Below, in pieces: positions 1-13,549 of a stretch of 64,000 bases of DNA. Within the stretch, counting starts at the first letter, position 1, and the number at the start of each line of letters is the position of its first letter. Source of the stretch: Neocallimastix sp. 'constans' (Eukaryota); NCBI GenBank assembly GCA_050613775.1, contig JBODTK010000011.1, positions 1,302,001-1,366,000 of the forward strand, written 5' to 3'. Under the pieces are notes generated by a model that did not search any database, was not told the origin of the DNA, and worked only from the letters and a program-made list of their open reading frames with translations. A program made the translations under genes and the position numbers.

Positions 1-253
1 CAGGTTGCATTTCGATAAGTAGAGTATTGATATAAATAAATGAATAAATAAATAAATATTAATTCAAAATATATTTTTTTAAAATTGTTTTTATGCGATA
101 TTAATGATAATTAATTTTATTTATTGATTTATTTATTCATTTAATAATTTTCAATTTGGCGAAATGCAATTTGGCGAAATGCCACATTTTTTAATACGCC
201 ACATGCTTTCAAAAAAATTTGCGAAATGCAATTTGGCGAAATGCCCCACACCC
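1..253. mobile_element. Small MULE-family non-autonomous element or terminus (left end probably just before the window)
   Basis: Repeated TTTGGCGAAATGC subterminal motifs (156-245) ending in GCGAAATGCCCCACACCC, the same terminal style as the MULE TIRs at 4921-4945 and 56312-56330; inverse motif GCATTTCG near position 8. Confidence 0.55.
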
Positions 254-1106
254 AATATTATATACTAAATTAATTTAAAAATTAAATGGTTAGGTTAATT
301 TAGAGAATTTGAATCCAGTGCTTTATCAATTGTGCATTTCGCAATGGGGGAGTGTGCATTTCGAAAATTTTTATTACAAAAATTTGTATTTTGTTGTATG
401 GCTTAAATATTTTTAATTTTAAGCCACTTAATTTTATTAAAAATTTAATGAATAATTATTAATTAATTAAATAAATAAAATTACAATTTTCAAAAATTTT
501 CAAACACGTAATCTTACGTGGGGCGTATATCTAATTGTATCATAATTTTGTGGCTTTTTTCTACAATTTTTAAAAAGCCATATATTCACAATATGGCGTG
601 AATAATAAATGTGGTGATATTTTATGACGAAAATTTATAAGCCACCAAGAATTTGGCGAAATTTAACTGGACGAAATTCAACTTTTGGCGAAATACAACA
701 CTTCAATAAATAATAATTAGGTTAGGTATTTCTATTTAACATTGAAAAATAAAATAAAAATAAATAAACATTTTATTTTTTAAGCATCAAAAAATAAAAA
801 AAAAAAAAAATAAGAAATAAGAAAACTTCTTTTTTAAACATTAAAAAATAAAATAAAAATAAATAAAAATTTATTTTTTAAGCATTAAAAAATAAAAAAA
901 ATAAAATAAAACAAAAAAATAAAAAATAAAAATAAAAATAAATAAATAAAATAGTAAATAAAGAAATAATAAATAATTAATAATTAAATAATTATTTAAA
1001 TAATTATATAATTAATTAAAAAAAGGTTTATTATTTTAAATATTAAAAAAAAAAAAAAGTTTCAAAGCATTTATTAAAATATTTTATTGAAAAATTTTAA
1101 TTATTA

Positions 1107-2546
1107 ATGGAAGACAATATAGAAATTGAAATAAGTGAAACAAATCGAGGAAATGAACAAATTATTATTAATAAAAAACACAAATTTAATTTTTCATTTC
1201 AAAGGAAAGATAAATCAAAAATTTATAGATGCACTGAATATAAGACTTTAAATAAATGTAAATCTTTAATTATTTTAAATGATAAAAAGGAGGTTTTAAA
1301 ATATGAAAGTTTACATAACCATCTCGAAAAAGAAATTGATGTGTCTATATCAGTAGCAAAGCATAAAATTAAGGAAGAAATTAAGAAAAATTCAATTCCT
1401 ATGGATATAAAACCTAAACATATATTTAATGCCGTTTCTCAAGAAATGGGACTTATATGTCCCGAATATAGTACAATTAGATCCCAAATAATAAGAAATA
1501 TAAATAAACAATTTCCTCCAAACATAAAAGGTTTTGATGATATTCCCATTGAATCAGAATATTATAAAACTAAAAGAAATGAAAATTTTATGATATTTAA
1601 AAATACTGATCTAATAATCTTTCAATCACCATTCCAAGCATATTTATTTTCGAATTATCATAAAAATATATTTGCAGACGGTACATTTTATGCAGCACCG
1701 AAATTTAGTTATCAGTTATTTATAACAAGAACTTATGTTGGGGAATTTAATATGCTTTACAGTACTTCCATTTCTATATTAAAAAATAAAAAACAATCTA
1801 CATATGAAACATTATTTAAAGAAATAAAAAAAAATGCAAATAAATTTAGGAGTAATACATTAATTACTACAATTAATTTTCATTGTGATTTTGAACAAGG
1901 TATATCTAATGCCGCAAAAAAAGTTTTTCCCAATATAAATATTAAATATTGTGTTTGGCATTACAAAAGATCATTAGAAAAACAAAAAAATATATTATGT
2001 TATCATGAAGTGAAGAATAATAATGATGTATAAATTTATTATAAAGCTATTTCGAACTTACCGTTTATAAACCCTAACTATATATTTGATATTTATATTA
2101 TAATAAAAAGAATTTGTCAAAAAAAAAAAAAGTATAATAATTTTCTGCAATTTTTAGAATATTTTAATAAAAATTATTTACTTAAGTATAATGTTAATAA
2201 TTGGAATTATTATGAAAATATAGAGCATTTAACAAACAATGCATCAGAATCTTATAATAGCTACTTAAATAATATATTTCCAAATAAACCTTTATTTTAT
2301 AAATTAATATATATATTAAAAGAAGAAGAAAACTTATCTTATAATGATTATCAAAGGAGAACTAAAGGAAATTGGAAAAAAAAGCAAAAAATATTTAGTG
2401 CAACTGATGAAATTAAAATTTTAATTGAAAATTACAAAAGTAAGGAAATAAATTTATTTTATAATGGATGCAACAGAAATGAATTAATTAAATTATGGAA
2501 AGAATGTTTAATTGATTTAAACGATATAAATATTAATTTAAAATAA
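1107..2546 (+). pseudogene. MULE transposase (FLYWCH-like Zn finger + DDE) with one in-frame premature stop at 2031-2033
   Basis: YRC..C..HNH finger, FADGTF, CDFE and CVWH motifs. The frame continues past TAA as IYYKAISNLPF...WNYYENIEHLTNNASESYN (third catalytic Glu) to TAA at 2544-2546. Confidence 0.9.
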
Positions 2547-2771
2547 ATAATCTTAATTTAAAAAAATACTAGAAAAATAAAAATTTATTTATTTTAAATT
2601 TATATTTATAATCGTTTAAATAATAATTAAATAATCTTAATTTAAAAAAATGCTAGAAAAATACAAATTTATTTACCTATTGTGTTTATTTAATAATCTT
2701 AATAGAAATTATCTTTTAGTTATTTTTATTAAGTAATTTATAACTAAAACCGATTTATTTGATACTAGTTA

Positions 2772-3020
2772 AAATTTTATTAATATCAATATCAATATTA
2801 TATAATTATAAATTTTATTAATATCAATATCAATATTATATAATTATAAATTTTATTAATATCAATATCAATATTATATAATTATAAATTTTATTAATAT
2901 CAATATCAATATTATATAATTATAAATTTTATTAATATCAATATCAATATTATATAATTATAAATTTTATTAATATCAATATCAATATTATATAATTATA
3001 AATTTTATTAATATCAATAT
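2772..3020. repeat. 38-bp tandem minisatellite (~6.5 copies) inside the MULE
   Basis: AAATTTTATTAATATCAATATCAATATTATATAATTAT repeated head to tail. Confidence 0.9.
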
Positions 3021-3584
3021 ACTTTTCAAAATTAATTATGGTATTAAAAATATTAAATTCAATAAAAGATTTTTATTATTTTATTAAAATTATAATTGTT
3101 ATTATTATATTTTAATAATAATTGATTCATATTGATCAAACATTATAAATATTACTATGCAAATAATTAATTATTTTAATAGGATCAATTATTCAACTCT
3201 TATTGTTTTAATTTTTAATTCTTATATCATTTAAATTAATATATATATATATATAACGTTTATGAAAATATGAATTATAAATAATTAAAATTATTTACTT
3301 TTCATTTAAATTTTTTTATTTACTATAATAAAATATAATAATTAAAAGACAAACGTTATTATAACTAATTTTTTTTTTTTTTAGAAAAATAAATGAAAAA
3401 AATTAAAATATATAAGATTCCTATATATATAAAATAATTATTATATTTTATTTTATTATATATTTTTTTTATTTTATTTTATTTAATTTTATTTTATTTT
3501 ATTTTATTTTATTTTATTTTATTTTATTTCATTTCATTTTATTTTATTTTATATTTATATTTCAACTATTTATTTTATTTTATT

Positions 3585-4615
3585 TTATTCAATCTGTACT
3601 TATATTTATGTTTCTACTATTCATTTTATTTTATTTTATTTTATAATATTTTATTTTATTTTATTTTATTTTATTTTATTTTATTTTATTTTATTTTATT
3701 CAATCTGTACTTATATTTATGTTTCTACTATTCATTTTATTTTATTTTATTTTATTTTATTTTATTTTTATTTTATTTTATTTTATTCAATCTGTACTTA
3801 TATTTATGTTTCTACTATTCATTTTATTTTATTTTATTTTATTTTATTTTATTTTATTTTATTTTATTTTATTCAATCTGTACTTATATTTATGTTTCTA
3901 CTATTCATTTTATTTTATTTTATTTTATTTTATTTTATTTTATTCAATCTGTACTTATATTTATGTTTCTACTATTCATTTTATTTTATTTTATTTTATT
4001 TTATTTTATTTTATTCAATCTGTACTTATATTTATGTTTCTACTATTCATTTTATTTTATTTTATTTTATTTTATTTTATTTTATTCAATCTGTACTTAT
4101 ATTTATGTTTCTACTATTCATTTTATTTTATTTTATTTTATTTTATTTTATTCAATCTGTACTTATATTTATGTTTCTACTATTCATTTTATTTTATTTT
4201 ATTTTATTTTATTTTATTTTATTCAATCTGTACTTATATTTATGTTTCTACTATTCATTTTATTTTATTTTATTTTATTTTATTTTATTTTATTTTTATT
4301 TTATTTTATTTTATTCAATCTGTACTTATATTTATGTTTCTACTATTCATTTTATTTTATTTTATTTTATTTTATTTTATTTTATTCAATCTGTACTTAT
4401 ATTTATGTTTCTACTATTCATTTTATTTTATTTTATTTTATTTTATTTTATTTTATTTTTATTTTATTTTATTTTATTCAATCTGTACTTATATTTATGT
4501 TTCTACTATTCATTTTATTTTATTTTATTTTATTTTATTTTATTCAATCTGTACTTTCTTATTTAATATTCTACTTTTTATTTTATTTTATTATATTTTA
4601 TTTTATTCAATCTGC
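3585..4615. repeat. Compound minisatellite: TTCAATCTGTACTTATATTTATGTTTCTACTATTCA units separated by variable (TTTTA)n
   Basis: About 14 near-identical units; explains the spurious F/I/L/Y ORFs at 3719-4655. Confidence 0.92.
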
Positions 4616-5946
4616 ATTTTCTGTTGATAATATAAACAAGGTATTAATGTATTAATAATAATTAATAATATTTAAAATAAAATAAAAAAAATATAATAAT
4701 TATTTTATATATGTAGTAATTATTTATATATATATATTTTTATTTAATTTTCTAAAAAAAATTTTTTTAGTCATAATAAACGTTTGTCTTAATTATTTTT
4801 ATTATTATTTAAAAATTTATTTATTCATTTATAATTTATTCATTCATTTATTTATTTATCACATTATAATACGCCATGTTTTCCGAAATACAATACAACA
4901 AAATACAAATTTATGTAATAAAAATTTTCGAAATGACACACCCCCTTCGCAATGTGATAGTATTTTTGTATGTGGCTTGTTTTTGATAATTAAACAAATA
5001 ATAATTAAAAAAATGATAATTAAATAAATAATAAATATTCTTTTTTATATATATATAATTTATTAATATTCAATTATAAAAATAGTTTTTAATAATTCTT
5101 TTTTTTAATAAAATATATTATTATTTCTTTTGAGATAGTTATTTAATAATATTTAATTGAAAAAATATATTATTATTTCTTTTAAAATAATAATTATTTA
5201 TATATTTATTTAGAATATCTTAAAAAAGTATAGCTTTATTTAAAATATTTATACGCCTCATTGTGCAATGCATGATCCCCTAAAATTTTAATATTAAATG
5301 TATCAGATATATATATATATATATAAAATAAAAATAGTTAATGTAAATAGAAAATAGATCAATAATATAATTATAATTAATAAACAAATGAAATAATAAC
5401 AAAATAAAAAATAATCAAATAGAATGCTATTACCTTACTTATCTATCTTTCTATATCTTTTTTTATAGTTATTAATTAAAAAAAATAATATAAAAATATA
5501 AAAAGATATTTTATTACTCTTATAATGATGATTATTAATAATCATAGAATTAAGATAATATAATATTTTTTATCTTTTTTTTTTTTGGCAATATTTAATT
5601 TATTAATGGGAAAAAAAATAAATTTTTTTATTTTTATTTTTTATATTTTATAAATCTATAATTTATATTTGTTAATTTTTTTTGTAATATTATTTTTTTT
5701 TAATTAAGAATTCTTTCCTTATTAAGGAATACTCATCAATAATTTATGATCTTTAATTAGTTATTATTCAATTATTTATTTATTATTCAATTTATTTATT
5801 TATTATTCAATTTATTGATTTATTATTCAATTTATTGATTTATTATTCAATTTATTAATTTATTATTCAATTATTTATTTATTATTCAATTATTTATTAT
5901 TTAATATTATTATTTTCATTTCTATTATTTATTATTTGATATTTAA

Positions 5947-5983
<37 letters not shown>

Positions 5984-7322
5984 CATTAATTCTCTTATTT
6001 ATTACTCTATTATTCAATTATTTATTAATAAAATAAATGAATTATCTAAAATTAATTTATTCTTTAATATTATTTCTCATTTGGCTATTTTTTATCATTT
6101 GACACTTTCATTTATTATTTAAATATTGTTGGTAGCTATAAACTTTATTTTTTATTTATTTTTTTTTATATTTTATATATATTTCATGATTATATGTTAC
6201 ATTAGTTATATATTAAGTTATATACTATTTATAATATATTACTTATTATTTAAATATTATTATTTATCTATCTATTTATTTATTTATCTATCTATTTATA
6301 TAGTATTTTTTATTTATTTGTTACATTTATTTTTATTTATTTGTTACATTTATTTTTATTTAATATTTATTATTTAATGTTGTTATTTCATTTAAAAAAA
6401 TTCATATATAAAACATCATTATTATTTATTATTTATTATTTAATTATTCAATTATTTATTATTTTATTATTCAATTATTTAATAAAGTAATTAGTTAATT
6501 TAGTTAAATTTGTTAATTCATCGCTTAATCTATTAAGAAAATAAAATGTAATTTTAATTTAATAATTAATATTAAGTAAAAAAGAAATTTTATATTTTAA
6601 AAAAAATTTATATTTTATATTTTTTAAATATATCCATATATATATAGTTATTATTATTATTGCTATAAAAAAATAGTTGATAAACTTTATGTATATTTTG
6701 ATGTATTTGCATAACTCTTTCCATAATTAATAATAATAATAATAATAATAATCATAATCATAACTTATATTTATAATAATCATAATCATAACTTATATTT
6801 ATAATAATCATAATCATAATCATAATAATATTTATTTCTATTTATATAAATTCTTTTCATTTATTTCTATTTATTTCTATTTATTTATTTCAATTTACTA
6901 TTATTTTTTTTTTTTAACATTTTTTAACTCTAATTAATTTTTATACTTCCAAAATAAGAGACAAATTCATAGAGAAGCTTTCTTTAATTATTTTTTAGTA
7001 TTATGTGGGAAAACATAATTTTTTTTTTCATTATAACTCATTTATTTATTTGTATATCTGTTTATATTTTTTATATTTTATTTTTTATTTTTATTATTTA
7101 TTTCATTCTAAGCCTCTTTCACAACAAATACTCATTGACGATCAAGAATAATGAAAATTTGGAAATAAAATGGTTTTATATTTGATAGCTTTGTTATCAA
7201 TATTTATACATTTATTATTTTATTTACTATTAATTATTATTCATTATTAATTATTAATGTTTATTTTTATTTAATTTATTGATAATAACTAAATAAATAA
7301 ATAAATAATAAATAATAAATAA

Positions 7323-7358
<36 letters not shown>

Positions 7359-8323
7359 AGAAAAGTGGATTATTTATTTAAGCTTCATTTTAAAAATAAG
7401 AATATATTTATGTTAAGATATCATTAATATCATGATGATCATTGGATTTCTACTCATTAATTGTAGCCAAAAAAAAAAAAAAAAGAAAAATAAGGAAAGG
7501 AAAGAAAGAAAGAAAGAAAAGAAAAAAAAAACAGAACCTTATTTATTAGTTTTTTTTACATGTTATACATATTATGACATTGAATTAAAGCAAGTTGACA
7601 AAATTACAAAATTATTTTTGAATATTTATTAATTTTAATATTTAATATTCAATTATTTAATTATTTATTATTATTTATTATTTATTATTTATTATTCAAT
7701 TATTTATTATTTATTATTTATTATTTATTATTCAATTATTTATTATTTATTATTTATTATTTATTATTCAATTATTTATTATTTATTATTTATTATTTAT
7801 TATTTATTATTTATTATTCAATTATTTATTATTTATTATTTATTATTCAATTATTCAATTATTCAATGATTATGAAATAGACATAAACCAATAAATTTCT
7901 TAATTTAATTTGTTATGAAGTATTTAAAGTTTAGATTTTTAATTAAATAAATTGGTGTAACTTAAATTTTTATATTATTTATGGTTTTTCTGTTTCAGAT
8001 TATTTTTTTTTTTTTCGAGACAAAAATAAAAGTTTAAAAAAGAGGATCTACTGTAGTAAGAATGACTAAATAAAAAAAAAAAATAAATAAATAAATAATT
8101 AGCTAAATAAATAAATAAATAAATATATTAGTTTTTAATAATTTGTAACATAATTTTGTTAAAATATATTGAAAAGTGTCACTTTTTTTTATTATATTAT
8201 TTACTATTTTAAATATTAATGATAAAAATTAAGTCAAAAAAAAAATAACTTAATAGTTATTATTTGTTGTAAAGTATAGTGAAGTTAAAAAAAAAAAAAA
8301 AGAAATAAATTTAAATATAATCT

Positions 8324-8362
<39 letters not shown>

Positions 8363-8858
8363 TATTATTATTATTATTAGTTTATATATAACTTTATATT
8401 ATAATAAGTATTAAATAATTTATACAGATTTAATAATTAATGCATGTACTTTATTTAATAATTATTTTCAAGAATTAAACCTTTATTTATTCTCTATGCA
8501 TAATTTATAAAACTAATCGTTTATTCATTCACATTTAAAAATAGAGAATAAATTAAATAGTAGTATACACTAAAAATATAAACGAGAATTCAAATTTATA
8601 AAATAAAAATAAAATATAGCAATAATAATAAACAAGAAATAAAAATATGAAAATATAAAATATAATTAAAAAAAACTTTTTTTCTTGTTTTCTATTTATT
8701 TTTCAAAAAAGATGAGAAAATTGTATAAAAATAAACTTTTTTAATTATTATTTAATTAATAAAAAAAAGGTTTTTGTATCATTAATTGCCAATTAAGATT
8801 AGCCTATTCACTGCTTTTCTACAAAACTTATTACTTGAATAAATTATTATTACTATTG

Positions 8859-9567
8859 TAAATAATAAATAATAAATAATAAATAATAAATAATAAATAA
8901 TAAATAATAAATAATAAATAATAAATAATAAATAATAAATAATAAATAATAAATAATAAATAATAAATAATAAATAATAAATAATAAATAATAAATAATA
9001 AATAATAAATAATAAATAATAAATAATAAATAATAAATAATAAATAATAAATAATAAATAATAAATAATAAATAATAAATAATAAATAATAAATAATAAA
9101 TAATAAATAATAATAAATAATAAATAATTAATAATAAATAATAAATAATAAATAATTAAAAAGAGTATTTATTAATAAATAATAAATAATAAATAATAAA
9201 AAGAGTATTTATTAATAAATAATAAATAATAAATAAAAAAGAGTATTTATTAATAAATAATATAATAATTAATAAATAATAAATAATAAATAATAAATAA
9301 TAAATAATAATTAATAAATAATAAATAATAAATAATAAATAATAATTAATAAATAATAAATAATAAATAATAAATAATAAATAATAAATAATAAATAATA
9401 AATAATAAATAATAAGTAATAAATAATAAATAATAAATAATAAATAATAAATAATAAATAATAAATAATAAATAATAAATAATAAATAATAAATAATAAT
9501 TAATAAATAATAAATAATAAATAATAAATAATTGAATAATTGAATAATTGAATAATAAATAATAAAT
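8859..9567. repeat. (AATAAAT)n heptamer microsatellite array; related arrays at ~7650-7865 (opposite strand) and ~61100-61260
   Basis: Direct inspection. Confidence 0.95.
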
Positions 9568-11514
9568 CACTAAATTAGTTATTTTTTTTTCCTATTACAT
9601 TTCTTTAACATTTAATAACAGCATTAATTAATTTATCTAAATTAATCGTCTAAACCTTTTTGACTACTAAATGTGGTAGTTACACCTGAAGATATTACAT
9701 GCACAATAAATTTATATACATAATATATATGAATTATTCATAGATTATATATATAATATTAGTATAATATGTCCATCACATTTTGTTTAAATAGTATTTA
9801 TTATTATTGCTATTAATATTAAATTTTATATACATACATTTAATTTCTAATAAATAGCTTCTATTTTATACAATATATTATTACATATTAAGTATTTCCA
9901 TAATAATTATAATTTCAGATAAAAATGTAATTCAGAATATGTTACATAAACAGTATCCAATAAATTTTCTGTATTCGATTTATAATACGTTTTGTACTAC
10001 TCATCCCAATTCTATTTCATTCCATTTTGCATTTGCTTATCCATTCTATTGAAATGTCCCGTATATTAAGAGTGTAAGGGCTTCGTATATTAAATGGCTT
10101 GCTTTTATTGATAAACTTTAAGTTATAGTGAAAGCAAAGCAATATACAAAAAAAAAAAAAAAAAGCTTACTCAATCAAAATTCAGTTGTGATTAATAAGA
10201 GAGAGAGTTAAACTTTAAATCATATAAATTTTATAAGGGATGGAATAAATGGAATAAATTTTTTATAGTTAAAAAGCAAAAATAATAATAATAATAAATA
10301 ATAATAATAATAATAATAATAAATAATAATAACAATAATAAATAATAATAATAATAATAATAAATAATAATAATAATAATAGGTAAAGAAGAATAATTAA
10401 AAAAGAAAAATTATTTATTAATTATAATTATAATAATAATAATAAATTATTAAAAAAGAATAATTAATAAAAGAATAAATCGAATGATTATTCAAATATT
10501 TAATAAAGTAATTAATAATGATGATAATAATATTAACAAATAAAAATATATGTTATTAATTATAAAATATAAATATATAATATTAATAATAAATAATAAA
10601 TAATTAATTAATAATTAATTGAATAATAAATAATAAATAATTAATGAATAATAAAGAATAAATAATTAAAATTGAATAATAAATATTATTTATTATGTAA
10701 ACATTTTGATTTATTGTAAATTATTCCAAATTAAAAAAATATTTTTTTTTATATAATAAATTTAATTAAATAGTGAAAGGGAACCCATTTCATTATTATT
10801 TAATCATTAATTAAAAATAAAAATTTTAATATTTACTTTTTTAATCTATTCACTGAAAAAAAATTTTTTATGTATCATGTATCAAATGTTTATGTTGTCA
10901 AATGTTTTTAAATAGATAAATAAATAAACAAATAAATAAATAAATACATAGTAGATTATTAAATAAATAAATAAATAAATAATAAACAGATTATTATTTA
11001 AATAAATAGATAAATAAATAATAATAAATAAATAGATAGTATAATGAAAGAATGCTAAATAATTTACTTTCATATATTATTAATATAATTAATAGATGTA
11101 TCATTTTCGTTTTTATACAAATTATTTAATATTTATTTATTTATTTTCTATTTTTTTTTTTTGTTAATAAAAAAATATAATTATTATTTTTTAATTTTTT
11201 TTTTTTTGTATTTTTTTTAATTATCTTTTTTTTTTTTTCTCATTTTGTTGATGGATTAAAGTTTATTATTGCCACTTTATCAAACCTTAAATAATAATGT
11301 TTTAAATTTATTTATTTAATTTTTTTTAGGCCAAATAAAAAAATATTAAAAAAAAATTTTTTATTTATATATAAAGAAAAATTTTTCTCCTTTTTTTTTT
11401 TTTTTTTTTAAAATCACTACAATATAATTTAAATTTTTTTTTTTTATAAATAAAATATCTTATATAATAAAAAACTTTTTATTTAAAAATAAATAAAATA
11501 AAGAAAATTCAAAA

Positions 11515-12228
11515 ATGAAATTCGCTCAAATTGCTTTAGGTTTAGTCGCTGCTACTGCTGTTCTTGCTGATACTGTCTCTCTTTCCGGTGACTGTAAGAA
11601 GGCTTACGCTGACTACGAAGAATGTGGTAAAACTGAAGTTGATGGTTTTGAAAAGATTTACCAATCTGACAAGTGTCAAAACTACTACAAGGACCCAATT
11701 GCTACCCTTTCTAAGTGTGGTGAATTAGATGCTGAAACTAAGGACAAGTTAATCGCTGATGTTAAGTTCTCTCAAGCTTTCAATGTCTTACACACTGCTA
11801 AGACTGAAGATGGTAAGGCCTGTCCATTATACAGAAACAAGAATGTTGACAAGGTTAAGGACACTTGTGCCTCTAAGTCTTGTACTACTGCCTCTATTGA
11901 AGCTTACAAGCTTTACGTTGAAGGTAAGAAGTTAAACAAGAACAAGGAATCTACCATTGCTACCTACGAAGAAATCTTAAAGGGTTTACAAGAATGTGCT
12001 CCAGCTGGTGCCAATGATGCTGCTAACAACTCTACTTCTACTGTTGCTGGTAACAGTACTGATGCTAATGCTGCTAACGCTAACGGTAACGCTGCCGCTA
12101 ACAACGGTACTCAAGTTTCTGTTAACGGTACTAACGCCAATGCTAACGCTAACTCCCAAACTAGTGGTGCTTCTACCTTAAAGTACACTATGGCTTTAGT
12201 TATTGCTGCTGTTTACGCTTTATTCTAA
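11515..12228 (+). CDS. Secreted Cys-containing, probably GPI-anchored cell-surface protein (237 aa)
   Basis: Signal peptide MKFAQIALGLVAATAVLA, Cys-spaced helical domain, Asn/Ala/Ser/Thr-rich stalk, SGA followed by a hydrophobic C-terminal tail; codon usage (GCT, AAG, TAC, AAC) typical of a highly expressed host gene. Confidence 0.88.
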   Translation: MKFAQIALGLVAATAVLADTVSLSGDCKKAYADYEECGKTEVDGFEKIYQSDKCQNYYKDPIATLSKCGELDAETKDKLIADVKFSQAFNVLHTAKTEDGKACPLYRNKNVDKVKDTCASKSCTTASIEAYKLYVEGKKLNKNKESTIATYEEILKGLQECAPAGANDAANNSTSTVAGNSTDANAANANGNAAANNGTQVSVNGTNANANANSQTSGASTLKYTMALVIAAVYALF

Positions 12229-12970
12229 ATGAATTAAGTATATTTTTGCAAATTTCTAAAAAAAATTATGTTATAATTTTTTTTAATAATTTTTTGAATG
12301 ATAAAAAGTTTTGCTGTATGTATATATAATTTTTATATACGTCAGTTTTTACATCCAAAAAAAAGAAAGGAAAAGATATTTTTTTTAGGAAGATATAAGA
12401 TAAATATACTTTTTATTATTATTAAAGTATATTATAAAATAATTGGGATAAGAGTATATTTTTTTATGAATATATATTTTATCTTTATTTTTTTATTAAA
12501 AAATCTTTTAAAGCGATAAAACATAAAAGAATTATTTATAAAGAATATATAAAATTAAATTATAAAAAAAATAAAAAAACTAAAAAAAATTACGTAAAGT
12601 ACAATTCATAAAAAATAAGAGAATAAATAAATAAAATAAATAAAATAAATAAATAAAAATTAAAATAAATTTATTTAAGTTAAATTAAAAAAATTAAAAA
12701 AGAATTTATGAAAGAAAAGAAATTTTATAAATTCAAAAAAAAAATATAAATAAAAAAAGTAATTAAAACAAAAATTAAAACATATACTTAAAAAAAAAGG
12801 AGTGTATATAATTAAAAAAAAGTGTTTGTAATTAATATATATATATTTTTGTGTATAAAAATATCATTAAATTAGTTTGATCTTAATAAATATTAAAAAT
12901 ATTTTTATCTGTATTATCCATTAAATTATATTTTCATTTAATTTTTATTTTATTTTATTTTTAATTTATT

Positions 12971-12990
12971 CTGCCGTTAAAAAAAAAAAA
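12971..12990 (+). mobile_element. Ultra-short 5'-truncated LINE insertion (CTGCCGTT + A12) with 10-bp TSD
   Basis: CTGCCGTT(A)n is the exact 3' terminus of the LINEs at 18860-18891 and 23833-23866; flanked by TTAATTTATT at 12961-12970 and 12991-13000. Confidence 0.8.
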
Positions 12991-13549
12991 TTAATTTATT
13001 GTTGTGTTTTATTTTATTTTATTTTATTTTATTTTTTTTTTTTTATTTTATTTATAATACTAATACTATTTGAATATTTGCCTATTTGTTTATATATACC
13101 GTTTCAGACTCCGATGATCTCTATGTTTTATTCCTTAGGATGTCCCCGAGCAGGGGTGTACTCGATTTATGTATTTAAATCGCCTGCAAGGGGAATTAAC
13201 TTTACTCTTATAAAGTAGATCCACAGTACTGGTGCAAAATAGTAGTAAAGTTATATTTTGTGTTAATTAATAACATTATGCGCAATGGTAATGTTATTGG
13301 TAAAATTTTTCTGGTGAACACTCACTGCGGAATATAATGGTGCATTTTTGGAACATTGTTAAATAAGTTACACCCAAGAATTAGTAATACATTTTCATTG
13401 TATTTCTATTTTCATGTAGTATTACTATTCTCATGTAAGAATCTATTGTATTCAATTGTATTTCAACTTTATATTTCATGTATCACGTTGTAAGAGATTG
13501 ATTCACTCTAAATCTTGTAGTAATTTATTTAACTCTTTACTAATTTTGT

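Larger units (their letters stand above)
347..4945 (+). mobile_element. Mutator-like (MULE) DNA transposon, full length, with ~52-bp TIRs and 9-bp TSD TTCGCAATG
   Basis: Left end GGGGAGTGTGCATTTCGAAAATTTTTATTACAAAAATTTGTATTTTGTTGTAT is the near-perfect reverse complement of 4893-4945. TTCGCAATG flanks both ends (338-346, 4946-4954). Contains a transposase gene. Confidence 0.92.
311..5280. mobile_element. Older MITE-like element (311-346 + 4955-5280) interrupted by the MULE
   Basis: Begins GAATCCAGTG, continues after the TSD with TGTATGTGGCTTGTTTT and ends ATGATCCCC; collinear with the uninterrupted relative at 50778-51048 and with the element end at ~47202-47400. Confidence 0.6.

Noticed and set aside
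3719..4655. Three long F/I/L/Y-rich ORFs and a CRISPR-like repeat/spacer appearance
   Set aside because: Translations of a minisatellite; the spacers are only (TTTTA)n of variable length, there are no cas genes and the context is eukaryotic.
9640..10165. GC-richer stretch ending in a poly(A) run, possible retroelement relic
   Set aside because: No convincing protein motif or TSD could be read.
6126..11073. Short ORFs in AT-rich intergenic DNA (also 59638-61294)
   Set aside because: Low-complexity translations with no motifs or coding-like codon usage.
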